From Porticoccaceae bacterium (GTDB lineage Bacteria > Pseudomonadota > Gammaproteobacteria > Pseudomonadales > Porticoccaceae), in NCBI GenBank assembly GCA_024959305.1, contig JANXGQ010000036.1:8624-72623 (forward strand): a DNA stretch of 64,000 nucleotides, in the 5' to 3' direction. Shown here in pieces: positions 52,072 to 63,638 of this stretch. The notes under the pieces were generated by a model. It made no database searches. It was not told the origin of the DNA and was given only the letters and a program-made list of their open reading frames with translations. Position 1 is the first letter of the stretch. Every line of letters begins with the position of its first letter. The position numbers and the translations under genes were made by a program.

Positions 52072-52725
52072 ATGGAAACAAATACAGTCAATTTTCAAAG
52101 CGTTACCTTTTTAATCAGCGCGCCGACTTTGCAGCAATGTCCTGACGACATTGGCTGCGAAGTGGCCTTTGCCGGGCGCTCCAATGCTGGTAAATCCAGC
52201 GCTATTAACAGCTTGACTCGCAATCGAGGTCTGGCGCGAACCAGCAAAACTCCAGGTCGCACCCAACTGATTAATCACTTTGAGATCGAACCGGGTAAAC
52301 GACTGGTTGATCTGCCCGGTTATGGCTACGCCAAAGTGCCCAAAGCCATCAAGGCTAAATGGGATCGTCACTTGGCCGAGTATCTGCAAATGCGCCGCAG
52401 TCTTGCTGGGCTGGTGCTGTTAATGGATATTCGCCATCCCCTTCAAGACTACGATCAACAGATGCTAAATTGGGCAGCTCAGGCAGGGCTACCAGTACAT
52501 ATTCTACTGACCAAAGCGGATAAACTGAAACGTGGACCAGCGAAAAATGCCCTGCTCGGCGTTGATAAGGTGCTGCGCGATATGGATCCCGGTTATACGC
52601 TATTAACTGTGCAGATTTTTTCATCCTTAAAAAAAATCGGGCTTGAAGAGCTTGAGAACCAACTGAGTACCTGGCTATGTCAGAACCCCCTATCGTCTTC
52701 CGATAACGGATCCCAGCCGATTTAG
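52072..52725 (+). CDS. engB: GTP-binding protein EngB/YihA
   Basis: [37 protein letters not shown]. Confidence 0.97.
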   Translation: METNTVNFQSVTFLISAPTLQQCPDDIGCEVAFAGRSNAGKSSAINSLTRNRGLARTSKTPGRTQLINHFEIEPGKRLVDLPGYGYAKVPKAIKAKWDRHLAEYLQMRRSLAGLVLLMDIRHPLQDYDQQMLNWAAQAGLPVHILLTKADKLKRGPAKNALLGVDKVLRDMDPGYTLLTVQIFSSLKKIGLEELENQLSTWLCQNPLSSSDNGSQPI

Positions 52726-52757
52726 TGGAGCGGCTGACCACAGCTACATGACCATGC

Positions 52758-52795
52758 AAAAAAAAGCCCCGATCCGACAATCAGACCAGGGCTTT
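52758..52795 (-). terminator. Intrinsic terminator (minus strand)
   Basis: AAAGCCCUGGUCUGA-UUG-UCGGAUCGGGGCUUU stem running into a U8 tract. Confidence 0.88.
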
Positions 52796-52873
52796 GTTCT
52801 ACTACTACACACTACTTTGGAGAGTTTACACTTCTTATTCTCTTAGGGGGAGAATATGCAATCATTGTTTGCG
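52758..52873 (-). ncRNA. Candidate small RNA at the Spot42/ErsA locus (polA-engB interval); 5' end approximate
   Basis: SigmaE-type promoter upstream, C-rich hairpin loop (ATTCTC-CCCCTAA-GAGAAT), strong intrinsic terminator, no ORF. Confidence 0.6.
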
Positions 52874-52878
52874 AAGAT

Positions 52879-52904
52879 TTAGACAGCGTTTTTGGATTAA
52901 GTTC
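52879..52904 (-). promoter_or_regulatory. Candidate sigmaE/AlgU-type promoter
   Basis: GAACTT-N15-TCTAA on the minus strand (consensus GAACTT-N16/17-TCT[AG]A); spacer is one base short. Confidence 0.55.
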
Positions 52905-52976
52905 ACTTTTTTTTAAAAATCAGATTTTTTTTATTTTTTTGGCTAGGTCAACTCGGATTTTTATAAAAAACTCGAG

Positions 52977-55736
52977 CTAATGAGCCTGATCCCAGTTATC
53001 TCCAACACCCACATCAACCACCAATGGCACTTGCAGACTTGCGGCACTTTCCATACGTTCAGTCACGCCCACCACGACCTCGTCCAATTCCTGTTCTGGG
53101 ACCTCGAAAACCAGCTCGTCATGTACCTGCATAATCATGCGACTGTCCAATTGATTGGCCTGTAACCAATTATCGATACTGATCATAGCCAACTTAATAA
53201 TATCTGCGGCAGTCCCCTGCATAGGTGCATTAATAGCTGTGCGCTCAGCGGCCTGTCGGCGCATACCATTTCTGCTATTAATTTCCGGCAGGTACAGTCT
53301 GCGACCAAAATAGGTCTCCACATAGCCTTTTTCTGCAGCGCTGTGACGGATACTGTTCATATACTGCTGCACGCCCGGGTAGCGCTCGAAATAAAGGTCA
53401 ATATAGTCAGCGGCCTGTTTGCGGCCAATATTTAATTGGCGCGCCAATCCAAACGCCGACATACCGTAAATAAGCCCGAAATTGATTGCCTTGGCGCTGC
53501 GCCGCTGATCCGTTGTGACATTTTCTAGCCCTACACCAAATACCTCAGCAGCGGTTGCGCTGTGGATATCCCGCCCCAGTGCAAAGGCATTTAATAGGCT
53601 CTTATCGGCAGACAGATGCGCCATAATACGCAGTTCTATTTGCGAGTAATCCGCCGCCACTAGTCGGTGCCCCGGCGCGGCGATAAACGCCTGGCGCACA
53701 CGGCGTCCCTCTGCAGTTCGCACCGGAATATTTTGCAGGTTAGGATTCGAGGAGGAGAGTCTGCCAGTGGCTGTTCCCGCCTGATGGTAGGAGGTGTGAA
53801 TTCTCTTGGTGGCAGCATTAATCATAATGGGCAGCTTGTCGGTATAGGTAGATTTTAACTTGGCCAACCCGCGGTGCTCCAAGAGCACCTTTGGCAGTGG
53901 ATAGTCCAGCGCCAACTCCTGAAGCACTTCCTCTTTGGTGGAGGGGGCCCCTTTAGCAGTCTTCTTAAGTACCGGTATTTGCAACTTTTCAAATAGGATT
54001 TCCGCCAGCTGTTTTGGCGAGGCTAAGTTAAATTGTTGTCCGGCCAGATCCCAGGCTCGAGTCTCCAGTTCCGCGAGCCGTTCAGCAAGCTCCTGACTCT
54101 GTTGAAATAACAGGGTGTCATCGACCAGAGCCCCAGTGCGTTCAATCCGCGACAACACAGAGATCAAAGGTAGTTCTATATCTTCAAAAACCTGCTGCAA
54201 GCTCGACTCAGCAGCAACACGGGGCCACAGGGTCTGGTGCAGGCGCCATGTAATATCTGCATCTTCGGCGGCATAGGGGCCCGCCTGCTCCAAGGCCACC
54301 TGATTAAAGGTAAGCTGAGAGGCTCCGCTGCCGGCAACATCGGAGAAGCTGATGGTTTTACAATCCAGATAATGCTGAGCAAGGCTGTCCATATCATGCC
54401 TGGTGGCAACGCTGTTGAGCACGTAGGATTCAAGCATGGTATCAAAGGCAATGCCCTTTAATTCTATCCCATGTTGCGCCAGCACACTCATATCATATTT
54501 TAAATTTTGACCCACTTTTTTGACGCTTGGGTCTTCTAGAAGCGGCTTAAGTGCACTGAGCACAGCGTCTCTCGATAACTGCTCTGGAGCACCCAGATAG
54601 TCGTGAGCAAAGGGAATATAGGCGGCGCGCGCCGCCTCAACGGCCACAGAGACCCCCACCAGATCCGCCACCATATAATCAAGGCTGGTGGTCTCGGTGT
54701 CTACAGCGATCAGCGGGCTGTTTTGCAATTGCTCCAGCCACGCCGCAAATTGTTCAGCCGTTAGCAGCGTCTCATAATCAACCGAGATCTCTGTGCTGGG
54801 AGCAGGCGCATCGGCAACCGCAGTTTGGGAAGAGAGTAAATCTGTGATTGGCGCGCTGCGCTGATCGGCAAGCTCATTAACCCAAGTTTTAAATTCCAGC
54901 TCTTTAAAGAGGCTCAGCAAACCGTCGGTATCAGGCGGTTGATTGTGCAGCTCATCAACGGCTAGCTCCATTGCCACATCGGTCTTAATGGTGGCCAGCG
55001 TATAGGACAGATAGGCTAATTCCCTATGCTCCTCAAGTTTCCCCGCCATGGTTTTGGCGCCGCGAAATGTCAATCCTGCAACCTTATCGAGGCGCTCATA
55101 AATACTATCTAAGCCGCCTAAGCCCTGTAGCAGACCCAGAGCCGTCTTCTCTCCAACCCCCGGAACTCCAGGGATATTGTCCGATTTGTCGCCCAACAGT
55201 GCCAAATAATCGATAATCAGCTCGGGGGGTATACCAAACTTAGCGATCACCCCTTCCCTGTCCAAATGGGTATTGGTCATAGTATTTACCAAACTGATAT
55301 GCTGATTAACCAACTGCGCTATATCTTTATCGCCCGTGGAAATAATCACTGGCTGTTGCTGTTCGGTGGCCTGTACCGCCAATGTACCTATAACATCATC
55401 CGCCTCCACAGCCTCAATACTCAGTAAAGGCATACCCATAGCTCTGATAATATTATGAATAGGCTCAATCTGTTGTCGCAATTCATCGGGCATGGGGGGC
55501 CGGTTGGCCTTGTATTCACTGTAAATATCATCGCGAAAGGTCTTGCCTTTGGCATCGAAGATCACCACAGTGGTACTATCCGGATAGTCCTTTTGCAGGC
55601 GCCGCAGCATATTGATAACACCTTTGACGGCTCCAGTGGGCATGCCTTTGCTATTGGTTAAAGGAGGCAGTGCATGGAACGCCCGGTACAGGTAGGAAGA
55701 GCCATCAACAAGGATTAGGGGTGTTTTATCAGTCAT
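52977..55736 (-). CDS. polA: DNA polymerase I
   Basis: [14 protein letters not shown] 5'-3' exonuclease, DTETT 3'-5' exonuclease, [40 protein letters not shown]. Confidence 0.99.
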   Translation of the reverse strand: MTDKTPLILVDGSSYLYRAFHALPPLTNSKGMPTGAVKGVINMLRRLQKDYPDSTTVVIFDAKGKTFRDDIYSEYKANRPPMPDELRQQIEPIHNIIRAMGMPLLSIEAVEADDVIGTLAVQATEQQQPVIISTGDKDIAQLVNQHISLVNTMTNTHLDREGVIAKFGIPPELIIDYLALLGDKSDNIPGVPGVGEKTALGLLQGLGGLDSIYERLDKVAGLTFRGAKTMAGKLEEHRELAYLSYTLATIKTDVAMELAVDELHNQPPDTDGLLSLFKELEFKTWVNELADQRSAPITDLLSSQTAVADAPAPSTEISVDYETLLTAEQFAAWLEQLQNSPLIAVDTETTSLDYMVADLVGVSVAVEAARAAYIPFAHDYLGAPEQLSRDAVLSALKPLLEDPSVKKVGQNLKYDMSVLAQHGIELKGIAFDTMLESYVLNSVATRHDMDSLAQHYLDCKTISFSDVAGSGASQLTFNQVALEQAGPYAAEDADITWRLHQTLWPRVAAESSLQQVFEDIELPLISVLSRIERTGALVDDTLLFQQSQELAERLAELETRAWDLAGQQFNLASPKQLAEILFEKLQIPVLKKTAKGAPSTKEEVLQELALDYPLPKVLLEHRGLAKLKSTYTDKLPIMINAATKRIHTSYHQAGTATGRLSSSNPNLQNIPVRTAEGRRVRQAFIAAPGHRLVAADYSQIELRIMAHLSADKSLLNAFALGRDIHSATAAEVFGVGLENVTTDQRRSAKAINFGLIYGMSAFGLARQLNIGRKQAADYIDLYFERYPGVQQYMNSIRHSAAEKGYVETYFGRRLYLPEINSRNGMRRQAAERTAINAPMQGTAADIIKLAMISIDNWLQANQLDSRMIMQVHDELVFEVPEQELDEVVVGVTERMESAASLQVPLVVDVGVGDNWDQAH

Positions 55737-55786
55737 ATTAGTCGGGCTTTTTAAAAATGGTTGCCAAGAATTAAAGGATACATTAT

Positions 55787-56650
55787 TTACTCAAAACAGG
55801 CTTTAAATTGCTCGGCAATACCCCGTATATATTTTTCATAAGTCATTTCATCCATCTGCTGATCCGACGCTTGCAAATCAAGATACTTCAGAGGCAGGGC
55901 TAAATCCTGCGCAATTGCCAATGCATCTTTATTGCCATGCTGGGGCTCAACAAACACACAGTGAACGCCCAGCTGTTTAGCTTTGACGCGCAAATCATAC
56001 TGGGTTCTGGCACCGCGCTTTTCACCCATACTATCGCGGATGGCCAATGCAGGTTTTAGCTTAAATTCACTGACAAAATACCCCAGTCCATCATGGTGGG
56101 ATAGGTAACTGAGTTCTTTTACCGGTGCCAATATGGCATTGACAGCGGCTCTCTGCCGCCGGTTAAATATTTCCCGCGGCGCCAGACCAAGGCGCTTTTG
56201 AAGCGCCTTGGCAATACGGTTGGCGGTGGTTGGGGATAGCCATATATGGGGGTCGACAGCATAGCTGCCGTGGTGGTGCTTATCTAATAAGGGCTGTAGA
56301 TGGTCCAAATCCAACCATTCAATGGCGGTAACCAATTTAGTTTTCGGTAATGATTGCAGCTGTTTTGCGGCTCTTACCTCAAAATTAGGGCCCACCCACA
56401 GCACCAAATCGGCTGCAGCTACTTTTTTTACATCAGATATAGTCATTACCGCATTGTGAGGTGACTGTGCCGACGGCATTATATAGTTGACCACCGCCCT
56501 GTCCTGCAGTGCCGACTTGGCGATAATGGCAAGCGGCTTTGTAGTAGTCACAATCAGCGGTTTGGCGTTGTTATCGCCATAGGCCGAGGAAACCGCCAAA
56601 AATAATAGCAGCGTCCAGCGCAGGCTAAATGTAATGTTATAATGTATCAT
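55787..56650 (-). CDS. znuA: Zinc ABC transporter substrate-binding protein
   Basis: Cluster A-I SBP motifs [19 protein letters not shown]; divergent from zur-znuCB. Confidence 0.85.
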   Translation of the reverse strand: MIHYNITFSLRWTLLLFLAVSSAYGDNNAKPLIVTTTKPLAIIAKSALQDRAVVNYIMPSAQSPHNAVMTISDVKKVAAADLVLWVGPNFEVRAAKQLQSLPKTKLVTAIEWLDLDHLQPLLDKHHHGSYAVDPHIWLSPTTANRIAKALQKRLGLAPREIFNRRQRAAVNAILAPVKELSYLSHHDGLGYFVSEFKLKPALAIRDSMGEKRGARTQYDLRVKAKQLGVHCVFVEPQHGNKDALAIAQDLALPLKYLDLQASDQQMDEMTYEKYIRGIAEQFKACFE

Positions 56651-56651
56651 T
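56633..56651. promoter_or_regulatory. Zur box 1
   Basis: AATGTTATA-A-TGTATCATT vs AATGTTATA-N-TATAACATT (16/18). Confidence 0.72.
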
Positions 56652-56716
56652 CTTTAAATTTCATCCCTTTTCATCCGCCATAAAAACTTTTAATTGCAAT
56701 ATTCACCCCAAATAGA

Positions 56717-56735
56717 TACGATATATTATAACATA
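56717..56735. promoter_or_regulatory. Zur box 2
   Basis: TACGATATA-T-TATAACATA (14/18 vs the same palindrome), upstream of zur. Confidence 0.6.
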
Positions 56736-56758
56736 ACAACTATTTGCTTGGGTATTCT

Positions 56759-57256
56759 ATGCTCACCAATGCTCGTTTAGTGCATCAACCCCATGATCAT
56801 GTGCGCTGTATCAATGCAGCAATCGCACAAGCTTATGAGTTGTGCGCAAATCTGCAAGTGCGTATGACGCCCACCAGAGAGGCTATCTTAAGGCTACTTT
56901 GGCAGAGCCATCAACCTCTGGGGGCCTATCAGCTACAAGAGCAGCTGGCCAAGGTAACTAACAAGCGTATTGCGCCCCCCACCATCTACCGAGCTATTGA
57001 ATTTCTGCTGGAACTGGGGCTTGTACACCGAATTCCGTCATTAAATGCCTTTTTTGGCTGCCCGTTCCCCAATAGCGAGCACAGCAATATTTTTATGATC
57101 TGCGACCAGTGTAAAAGTGTAGCTGAAGTGGCTGATAAGCAGATTAATAAATTATTGGAAACCCTCAGCCATAAGGCCAACTTTAAACTCCAGACTCGAA
57201 CCATTGAATTATTTGGGCTGTGCCCCAACTGTGAGCTCGGAGAGGCCGATGAATAA
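56759..57256 (+). CDS. zur: Zinc uptake regulator (Fur family)
   Basis: RMTPTR, GAYQL, APPTIYRAIEFL...VHRIPSLNAF, CDQC and CPNC; in the znu locus. Confidence 0.93.
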   Translation: MLTNARLVHQPHDHVRCINAAIAQAYELCANLQVRMTPTREAILRLLWQSHQPLGAYQLQEQLAKVTNKRIAPPTIYRAIEFLLELGLVHRIPSLNAFFGCPFPNSEHSNIFMICDQCKSVAEVADKQINKLLETLSHKANFKLQTRTIELFGLCPNCELGEADE

Positions 57257-58010
57257 ACCGCTTATCAGCCTGAAATCCGTCAGTAAATCATTTGCCGGTC
57301 AGGCAGTGTTACAAAATATCTCTATGTCCATCAGCGGGGGGGAGATCACCACCATTATCGGGCCCAATGGCGCCGGCAAATCCTCCTTGGTACGGATTAT
57401 TCTCGGGCTTATTGAGCCAGATTCTGGAAAGCTAGAGAGCTCTACAGAGCTTAGAATCGGTTATATGCCGCAGAAACTCCATATAGACCCAACCCTACCT
57501 ATTTCGACCTGTAGATTTCTACAGCTGGCCAATACCTCCCACCAAGCCTGCCATAGGGCACTGGATTTAGTGGGTATACCAGAGCTTAACAACAGCCCTT
57601 TCCACAAGCTTTCCGGCGGGGAAATGCAGAGAGCACTGTTGGCCAGAGCCATTTTGCGGGAACCCAACCTTCTGGTTTTGGATGAGCCAGTTCAGGGCGT
57701 TGACCTAAACGGCCAAAACCAGCTCTACAACCTAATTGGAGAGATCAGTAAAAGCCTCAACTGCGCGGTTATTATGGTATCCCATGATCTTCATTTGGTG
57801 ATGTCGGCGACCGATCATGTGATCTGCCTAAACCACCATATTTGCTGTCAGGGGAGGCCGGAGCAGGTGACTCAAAATCCCGCATACCTAGATATTTTCG
57901 GCAAAACTTCTATCTACAACCATCGCCATGACCATCAGCACAGCCTTCAGGGTGAAGTTTTAGATGCGCAGGGCAAGCATCGTCACGGAGAGGGCTGCCA
58001 ACATGACTGA
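57249..58010 (+). CDS. znuC: Zinc ABC transporter ATPase
   Basis: GPNGAGKS, LSGGEMQR, LDEP, VSHDLH, HHICCQGRPE and His-rich C-terminus. Confidence 0.95.
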   Translation: MNKPLISLKSVSKSFAGQAVLQNISMSISGGEITTIIGPNGAGKSSLVRIILGLIEPDSGKLESSTELRIGYMPQKLHIDPTLPISTCRFLQLANTSHQACHRALDLVGIPELNNSPFHKLSGGEMQRALLARAILREPNLLVLDEPVQGVDLNGQNQLYNLIGEISKSLNCAVIMVSHDLHLVMSATDHVICLNHHICCQGRPEQVTQNPAYLDIFGKTSIYNHRHDHQHSLQGEVLDAQGKHRHGEGCQHD

Positions 58011-58788
58011 TTTTCTTCTCTACGCCCTGTTGGCAGGGCTGGGTGTAGCGGCAGTGGCAGGGCCTTTGGGCTGTTTTGTGGTGTGGCGACGCATGGCCTA
58101 TTTTGGTGACACGCTGGCCCACAGCGCGCTCTTAGGTGTCGCCTTGGGCGTGCTGCTGAATACTGATCTTGGCATTGCCGTAACTGCGGTCTGCCTGTTG
58201 ATGGCACTGGCGTTGGTAGCCCTTGAGCAACACGGGATTCTGGCGCTGGATACGCTTCTGGGTATTCTCTCTCACTCGGCTCTGGCCGCCGGCCTTTTGG
58301 TGATATCCCTGCTGCCCAATGTGCGGGTAGACCTAATGTCGCTGCTGTTTGGTGATCTGCTGTCGGTGACCCCCAGTGATCTGTGGATTATCTACAGCGG
58401 TGCCGCAGTGGCCATCTTTTTACTGGCACTACTTTGGAAGCCATTGATCAGTATTACTGTGGAGCCCGAACTGGCCGCTGTAGAGGGCGTTAATGTAGCT
58501 AGGGTGCGAACCGCACTTATGCTGATTACCGCACTAGTGATTGCCATCGCAATGAAGATTGTCGGCGTGCTTCTAATAACTGCGCTACTGGTGATTCCCG
58601 CAGCAACCGCGCGCAGAATCAGCTCTACGCCAGAATCCATGGCAGTGGCAGCTAGCCTAGCGGCAATGCTGGCAGTACTTATGGGCCTGGCTGTCTCATG
58701 GCATATGGATACGCCAGTTGGACCCTCAGTGGTAGTTTGCGCCACCTTGCTGTTCTGTTTTTCCCTTGGAGTAACACAAAAGAGCTAG
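58003..58788 (+). CDS. znuB: Zinc ABC transporter permease
   Basis: GCFVVWRRMAYFGDTLAHSALLG, LFGDLL, KIVGVLLITALLVIPAA. Confidence 0.96.
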   Translation: MTDFLLYALLAGLGVAAVAGPLGCFVVWRRMAYFGDTLAHSALLGVALGVLLNTDLGIAVTAVCLLMALALVALEQHGILALDTLLGILSHSALAAGLLVISLLPNVRVDLMSLLFGDLLSVTPSDLWIIYSGAAVAIFLLALLWKPLISITVEPELAAVEGVNVARVRTALMLITALVIAIAMKIVGVLLITALLVIPAATARRISSTPESMAVAASLAAMLAVLMGLAVSWHMDTPVGPSVVVCATLLFCFSLGVTQKS

Positions 58789-59330
58789 AATCGATCTAGA
58801 CCACAGGATAAGGATTGCCATATTTCGTCAGCGCCGTTCAACTCGTCAGCGCCCAAAGACTGTCCTGACTGCAGCAAAATTTTTCGCCCGATCCCCGCAG
58901 TTCTTGCTGCGACCATATCCGATAATTTATCGCCAATCATGACACAGGAACCTGGCAGAAGGTCAAATGCTGCAATGCCTTTCAGCAACATGCCAGGTGC
59001 AGGTTTTCGACATTCACAGTCTAACAAGTAAGGGCCAATAGCTTCTTTAGGATGGTGCGGACAAAAATATACCGCATCTATTTCACAGCCATTGGCCATA
59101 AATTGTGATTTCATCCATTCTGTGAGAATCGCAAATTCCCGCTCTGAGTAATAGCCTCGACCAATGCCAGATTGGTTAGTCACAATAATTATCCTGTACC
59201 CAAGCTGGCTAAAGTGACGGCAGGCATCAAAAATCCCGTCGATAAACTCAAAATCTTCGATTTTAGAAACATAGGCATGGTCTTTGTTTACCACGCCATC
59301 CCTATCCAAAAATACTGCTTTATTGTTCAT
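58785..59330 (-). CDS. gmhB: D-glycero-D-manno-heptose-1,7-bisphosphate phosphatase
   Basis: FLDRDGVVN, VTNQSGIGRG, CPHHP...CECRKPAPGM, IGDKLSD. Confidence 0.95.
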   Translation of the reverse strand: MNNKAVFLDRDGVVNKDHAYVSKIEDFEFIDGIFDACRHFSQLGYRIIIVTNQSGIGRGYYSEREFAILTEWMKSQFMANGCEIDAVYFCPHHPKEAIGPYLLDCECRKPAPGMLLKGIAAFDLLPGSCVMIGDKLSDMVAARTAGIGRKILLQSGQSLGADELNGADEIWQSLSCGLDRF

Positions 59331-60379
59331 ATAATCTGTTGCTCTCTAACAACTTTGTCAAACATAGCCAGAACCGACTGGGTGCTTATCTGCTTCATTA
59401 ACCCTTTTTCTTTCAGCCGCAGACCCCAAGAAAGTTGCTCCGCTGTTTTGCCAAATCGTTGTTGTAAATTCTGGTTATAAACCTCAACCACATAGTCCTG
59501 ATGCAAGTATGGACCAGTGCGCGCTGGGTTGGAATAGGCATGCAGCCCGATAACCGGGGTTCCCACCGTTGCTGCCATATGGGCGGGACCTGTATCCGGA
59601 GCAATCACTAAATCAGCTGCTTCAACAACGCACAGCAGTTGCTTTAACGAAGTCTTACCTACCAGATTTAATACGGGAAAATCTAAAAATGAAGTAATCT
59701 CCGAGGCTAGGCGCCGCTCCAACTCGGCTGGCCCCCCTGTGAGAACAATGGAAAATCCCTGTCGATTTGCGTATTTTGCAACCTCGGCATATCGCTGTGA
59801 CAGCCAGTTGCGTTCCGATCCACTTGCCGCAGGTGAAATAACCAGCACCCTGTCTAAGCCATCTAATTGTTGTTTGGCAAACTCCCTATCTGACTCTGCA
59901 ACAGGCATGTTCCAAGTCGGCTTATAGTGGGGAACTCCTATGGCTTTAGCAAAACCCATAAAACCCTCTAAGACGTGAGCGCATTTTTGTGAGGCGATGC
60001 GTTTATTAGTAAAAAGAGAATGTCCCTCTTTGGCTCTGTGCCAATCAAAGCCAATTTTTACTTTGGCAGGAATACATCGCGCGGCAAAATTAGCTCTAAG
60101 GGCAACCTGCATATGAAGCAAAACATCAAACTGGGTATGTTTAAATCTGTCTTTGAGTTTCTTATAGGCAGCTTTTCCCTGCTTTTTATCAAACACTACA
60201 AGGTTTACCCCGGGTAAGCCTTCTAGTAGCGCGGCTTCTACCTTGCCAATAACCCAAGTAATATTGGCTTTGGGATAGTGCCGTTGAATTGCTTGTACAG
60301 CGGAAACAGCGTGACAAACATCGCCAATTGCAGATAGGCGAAGGATACAAATTTCGTTTGGTTGGTCTAATAAAATCAC
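59327..60379 (-). CDS. GT9 family (heptosyltransferase-like) glycosyltransferase
   Basis: LRLSAIGDVCH, NLVGKTSLKQL, PDTGPAHMA, RTGPY. Confidence 0.9.
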   Translation of the reverse strand: MILLDQPNEICILRLSAIGDVCHAVSAVQAIQRHYPKANITWVIGKVEAALLEGLPGVNLVVFDKKQGKAAYKKLKDRFKHTQFDVLLHMQVALRANFAARCIPAKVKIGFDWHRAKEGHSLFTNKRIASQKCAHVLEGFMGFAKAIGVPHYKPTWNMPVAESDREFAKQQLDGLDRVLVISPAASGSERNWLSQRYAEVAKYANRQGFSIVLTGGPAELERRLASEITSFLDFPVLNLVGKTSLKQLLCVVEAADLVIAPDTGPAHMAATVGTPVIGLHAYSNPARTGPYLHQDYVVEVYNQNLQQRFGKTAEQLSWGLRLKEKGLMKQISTQSVLAMFDKVVREQQII

Positions 60380-60508
60380 AATGAGCCTTATAAATTTAAA
60401 TAAAGTGACCGAGTTACTCTAAACTTGCATATTCAAGTCTCAATTAGCTCGTATGTCACCATCTTATCAAGCTTGTTATACTCGCCGAAAGTTTCGGTGA
60501 AATCCCTT

Positions 60509-61240
60509 ATGCTCGATATTATTCAAACTGGCAATCAGACATTACTCACAGCATCCAATAACCCATTAAATATTACTCAAGATTGGTTTGAGCCCAATTA
60601 CTGGTATCGCAAAAAAGCCATTATAACTGAAAAGAAAGGGCGCTCTACCACATGGTTTTTTACCTACGAAGAGGGCACTGCTGTACTTCGTCACTATTGG
60701 AGAGGCGGCCTGATCGGCAAGCTTTTAAGTGACCAGTACCTTTATACGGGACTCAAAAATACGCGAACTTATCAAGAGTATAATTTGCTCATTGAGCTAG
60801 CCAATAAGGGGCTTAATGTACCAGTGCCTATTGCCGCAAAAATTGCAACCAATGGTTTTATCTGTCGAGGTGATCTAATCACCAAAGCTATCCCTGGGGC
60901 GCGCAGTTTGCTAGATATATTGAAAAGCCGACCCCTAGACGACGACGAAGTCATGCAAGTGGGGCAGGCCATTGCCAAATTTCATCAACAGGGTGTCTAC
61001 CACGCAGATCTAAATATCAACAATATTTTATTTGATAACCACAACAACGTTTTTTTAATCGACTTTGATCGGGGGCGGATAGTGAAACCCTCCAGCACTA
61101 GGTTACAAGCCAATATAGATAGATTGCATCGATCTTTTGAAAAGGAGCAAAATCGCAATAACCCTTGTTATTGGCAACCAAAACAATGGCAGCTATTGCT
61201 GAATGAATATCAGGATAAAAGGGCAGCAAAAGTCTCTTAA
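60509..61240 (+). CDS. kdkA: 3-deoxy-D-manno-octulosonic acid (Kdo) kinase
   Basis: [46 protein letters not shown]. Start taken at ATG 60509. Confidence 0.93.
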   Translation: MLDIIQTGNQTLLTASNNPLNITQDWFEPNYWYRKKAIITEKKGRSTTWFFTYEEGTAVLRHYWRGGLIGKLLSDQYLYTGLKNTRTYQEYNLLIELANKGLNVPVPIAAKIATNGFICRGDLITKAIPGARSLLDILKSRPLDDDEVMQVGQAIAKFHQQGVYHADLNINNILFDNHNNVFLIDFDRGRIVKPSSTRLQANIDRLHRSFEKEQNRNNPCYWQPKQWQLLLNEYQDKRAAKVS

Positions 61241-62679
61241 GTAGATTTTATTTTCTTTATAATATTGGACGTCGAACACTGATTAACAAACTCAAGCACC
61301 TCAACCCGGCCGCCGTTGGCGAGCACAGAGTCCGCCCCCGCAATTTCTTCAACCTTATAGTCGCCGCCTTTAACCAGTACATCGGGGCTGATTTCCTCAA
61401 TTAAATTGGCGGGCGTATCATTTTCCTCGGCACAGCCAAACGGGATCACCCAATCAACGGATGCCAGGGCCAAAAGCACGGTTGCGCGCTCTTGCAATGG
61501 ATTTATTGGGCGTTGCGAACCCTTCAAACGAGCAATGGAGCCATCATTATTTAGACCCACAACCAGCTTCTTGCCAAGAGTTTTCGCCTTTGCCAAATAC
61601 CTCACATGACCTGCATGCAATATATCGAAACAACCATTGGTGAAGACAATTTTTTCACCCCGTTGACGCGCTTGTTTAATATGCTGCAATACCTCATCAG
61701 CCGGCGGATGATACTGTTCGCCGGTTTCTCCTAGGTATTCTGATAGCTTAGCTGCCAGCTCTTCTGGCGACACGGTTGCCGCACCCAATCTGGTTACCGC
61801 AATCCCAGCTGCTACGTTGGCAATTTCCACCGCCTGCGCGGTTGGCATATGGGTGCCGAGCATGACAGCCAAGGTAGCAATAACCGTATCGCCGGCACCT
61901 GTTACATCGGAGACTTCCAGTACTTGCGTTGGAAAGTCGTGTTTTTCTGTTGCGGTTATTAGTGACATGCCCTTCTCAGATCGCGTCAATAACATGGCCC
62001 CAATCTGACAATCGGCGATAATTTTTCGCGAACCCTCAGCAAGCATGGCTTCACTTCCAGTGATGCCGCCAACAGCTTCGTATTCAGCCAGATTTGGCGT
62101 AACAAAATCAGCCCCTGCATAATCGGACATATCTTTTGATTTCGGGTCGACCAAAACCATTTTACCGGCCTGCTTAGCCATTTTGATCATCTGGCTGATT
62201 TTAGCCAGCGATCCCTTGTTATAGTCAGAAAACAGCACAATATCAAACTGCTTAACAATGGCTAGAAACTTGTTGAGTAGCAAGTCTGCATGCTGTGGTA
62301 AAAACCTTTGCTCTAAATCCAAGCGCACCACCTGTTGATGACGACTAATCACACGCATTTTGGTAATTGTAGGTGCCTGTTGCTGCTTAATTAAAAGTGA
62401 ATTGATACCCTCTTGCTCTAACAATGACTCCAGACTATTGCCATTGTCGTCATCGCCAATAATACCCAATAAACTCACCTGACCATCCAGATGAACAATA
62501 TTTTTGGCGACATTGGCAGCCCCGCCCGGCTTGTCTTCCAATTCACTGACTTTAACCACAGGCACGGGAGCTTCAGGGGAAATACGCCCAGTATCACCAT
62601 GCCAATAACGATCTAACATAACATCGCCAACCACCAGTATTTTCGCGTCATGTCGCTTTTGAAAATAAGATAAATCCAT
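61237..62679 (-). CDS. hldE: Bifunctional heptose-7-phosphate kinase / heptose-1-phosphate adenylyltransferase
   Basis: [12 protein letters not shown]...[37 protein letters not shown]. Confidence 0.97.
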   Translation of the reverse strand: MDLSYFQKRHDAKILVVGDVMLDRYWHGDTGRISPEAPVPVVKVSELEDKPGGAANVAKNIVHLDGQVSLLGIIGDDDNGNSLESLLEQEGINSLLIKQQQAPTITKMRVISRHQQVVRLDLEQRFLPQHADLLLNKFLAIVKQFDIVLFSDYNKGSLAKISQMIKMAKQAGKMVLVDPKSKDMSDYAGADFVTPNLAEYEAVGGITGSEAMLAEGSRKIIADCQIGAMLLTRSEKGMSLITATEKHDFPTQVLEVSDVTGAGDTVIATLAVMLGTHMPTAQAVEIANVAAGIAVTRLGAATVSPEELAAKLSEYLGETGEQYHPPADEVLQHIKQARQRGEKIVFTNGCFDILHAGHVRYLAKAKTLGKKLVVGLNNDGSIARLKGSQRPINPLQERATVLLALASVDWVIPFGCAEENDTPANLIEEISPDVLVKGGDYKVEEIAGADSVLANGGRVEVLEFVNQCSTSNIIKKIKST

Positions 62680-63266
62680 TAAGCACTTTCCGCTACTAAT
62701 GCATCGATAGCCTCACACAACCAATGACCGATAAACATATGCGCTTCTTGAATACGTGCGGTTTCAGCATTGGCAATAATAATGGACAATTTGGCAATAT
62801 CTTTTACTGTTCCACCATCGCGACCCGTTAAGGCCACCGTATAAGCGCCAATTTCATTGGCAGCGGCCAGTGCCAAGTTAATATTAGCGCTAGTCCCAGA
62901 AGTGGTTAAGCCAATCACCAGATCCTCCGGTTTACATAATCCCTGAATTTGGCGCTCAAAGACTGAATCAAAATGGTAGTCGTTGGAATGGGCCGTTAAA
63001 ATGGAGGTATCTGTGGTTAAAGCAATTGATGCTAACGGCCCGCGCTCATTTTTATAGCGCACCATAAATTCAGCTGCCAAGTGTTGTGAGTCAGCGGCAC
63101 TACCGCCATTGCCAAACCAAATTACTTTACCGCCAGTTTTAAGCGTTTTACGGCATTGCTCAAGCAAACTTAATGCTTGTTCATGATACATATACATTGT
63201 TTCAAACGCTTTTTTATGGCGCTCTAGACTGGCTAAATAGCTTTGTTGGATTTGCTTTGAAATCAT
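62679..63266 (-). CDS. gmhA: Phosphoheptose isomerase
   Basis: [32 protein letters not shown]. Confidence 0.95.
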   Translation of the reverse strand: MISKQIQQSYLASLERHKKAFETMYMYHEQALSLLEQCRKTLKTGGKVIWFGNGGSAADSQHLAAEFMVRYKNERGPLASIALTTDTSILTAHSNDYHFDSVFERQIQGLCKPEDLVIGLTTSGTSANINLALAAANEIGAYTVALTGRDGGTVKDIAKLSIIIANAETARIQEAHMFIGHWLCEAIDALVAESA

Positions 63267-63483
63267 ATTATTCGCTTCAAATATCAGACTGGGAATTAGG
63301 TTATTGCACGCCTACGCTGTCAATAGCCATGCCAAATTGCGGAATTTCTTCCGTCAAGGCTTTTGGCCACTGAGATTCTACACCTTTTCACAAAAAATTC
63401 TGCTAAAAGAGCATGTAGGGCATGCTATCAAGTTAACAATTTACTACAATCCCTCACTTATCATAAGCTTCAAGGAAGAGCTA

Positions 63484-63621
63484 ATGCACCCAGATTCAAA
63501 TCCCCAACCTCTGATTCCTATTGCCGACTGTAAAAAAGTACTCTATATGTCTCATCTGGCACTAGGTGATTATATCTATCAGGGTGCCTTTAAATTTTAT
63601 ACCCATAGGGATAAAGTGTAG
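63484..63621 (+). pseudogene. Truncated N-terminal fragment of a GT9-like glycosyltransferase
   Basis: MHPDSNPQPLIPIADCKKVLYMSHLALGDYIYQGAF resembles the GT9 first beta-strand/LGD motif; stops after 45 codons. Confidence 0.55.
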
Positions 63622-63638
63622 ACCATTTTTACAGTAAT

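Noticed and set aside
63304-63483. N-terminal 60 codons of track ORF 63304..63621
   Set aside because: The TTG start runs through gmhA promoter-region DNA. A plausible RBS (AAGGAAGAG) and GT9-like sequence begin only at ATG 63484.
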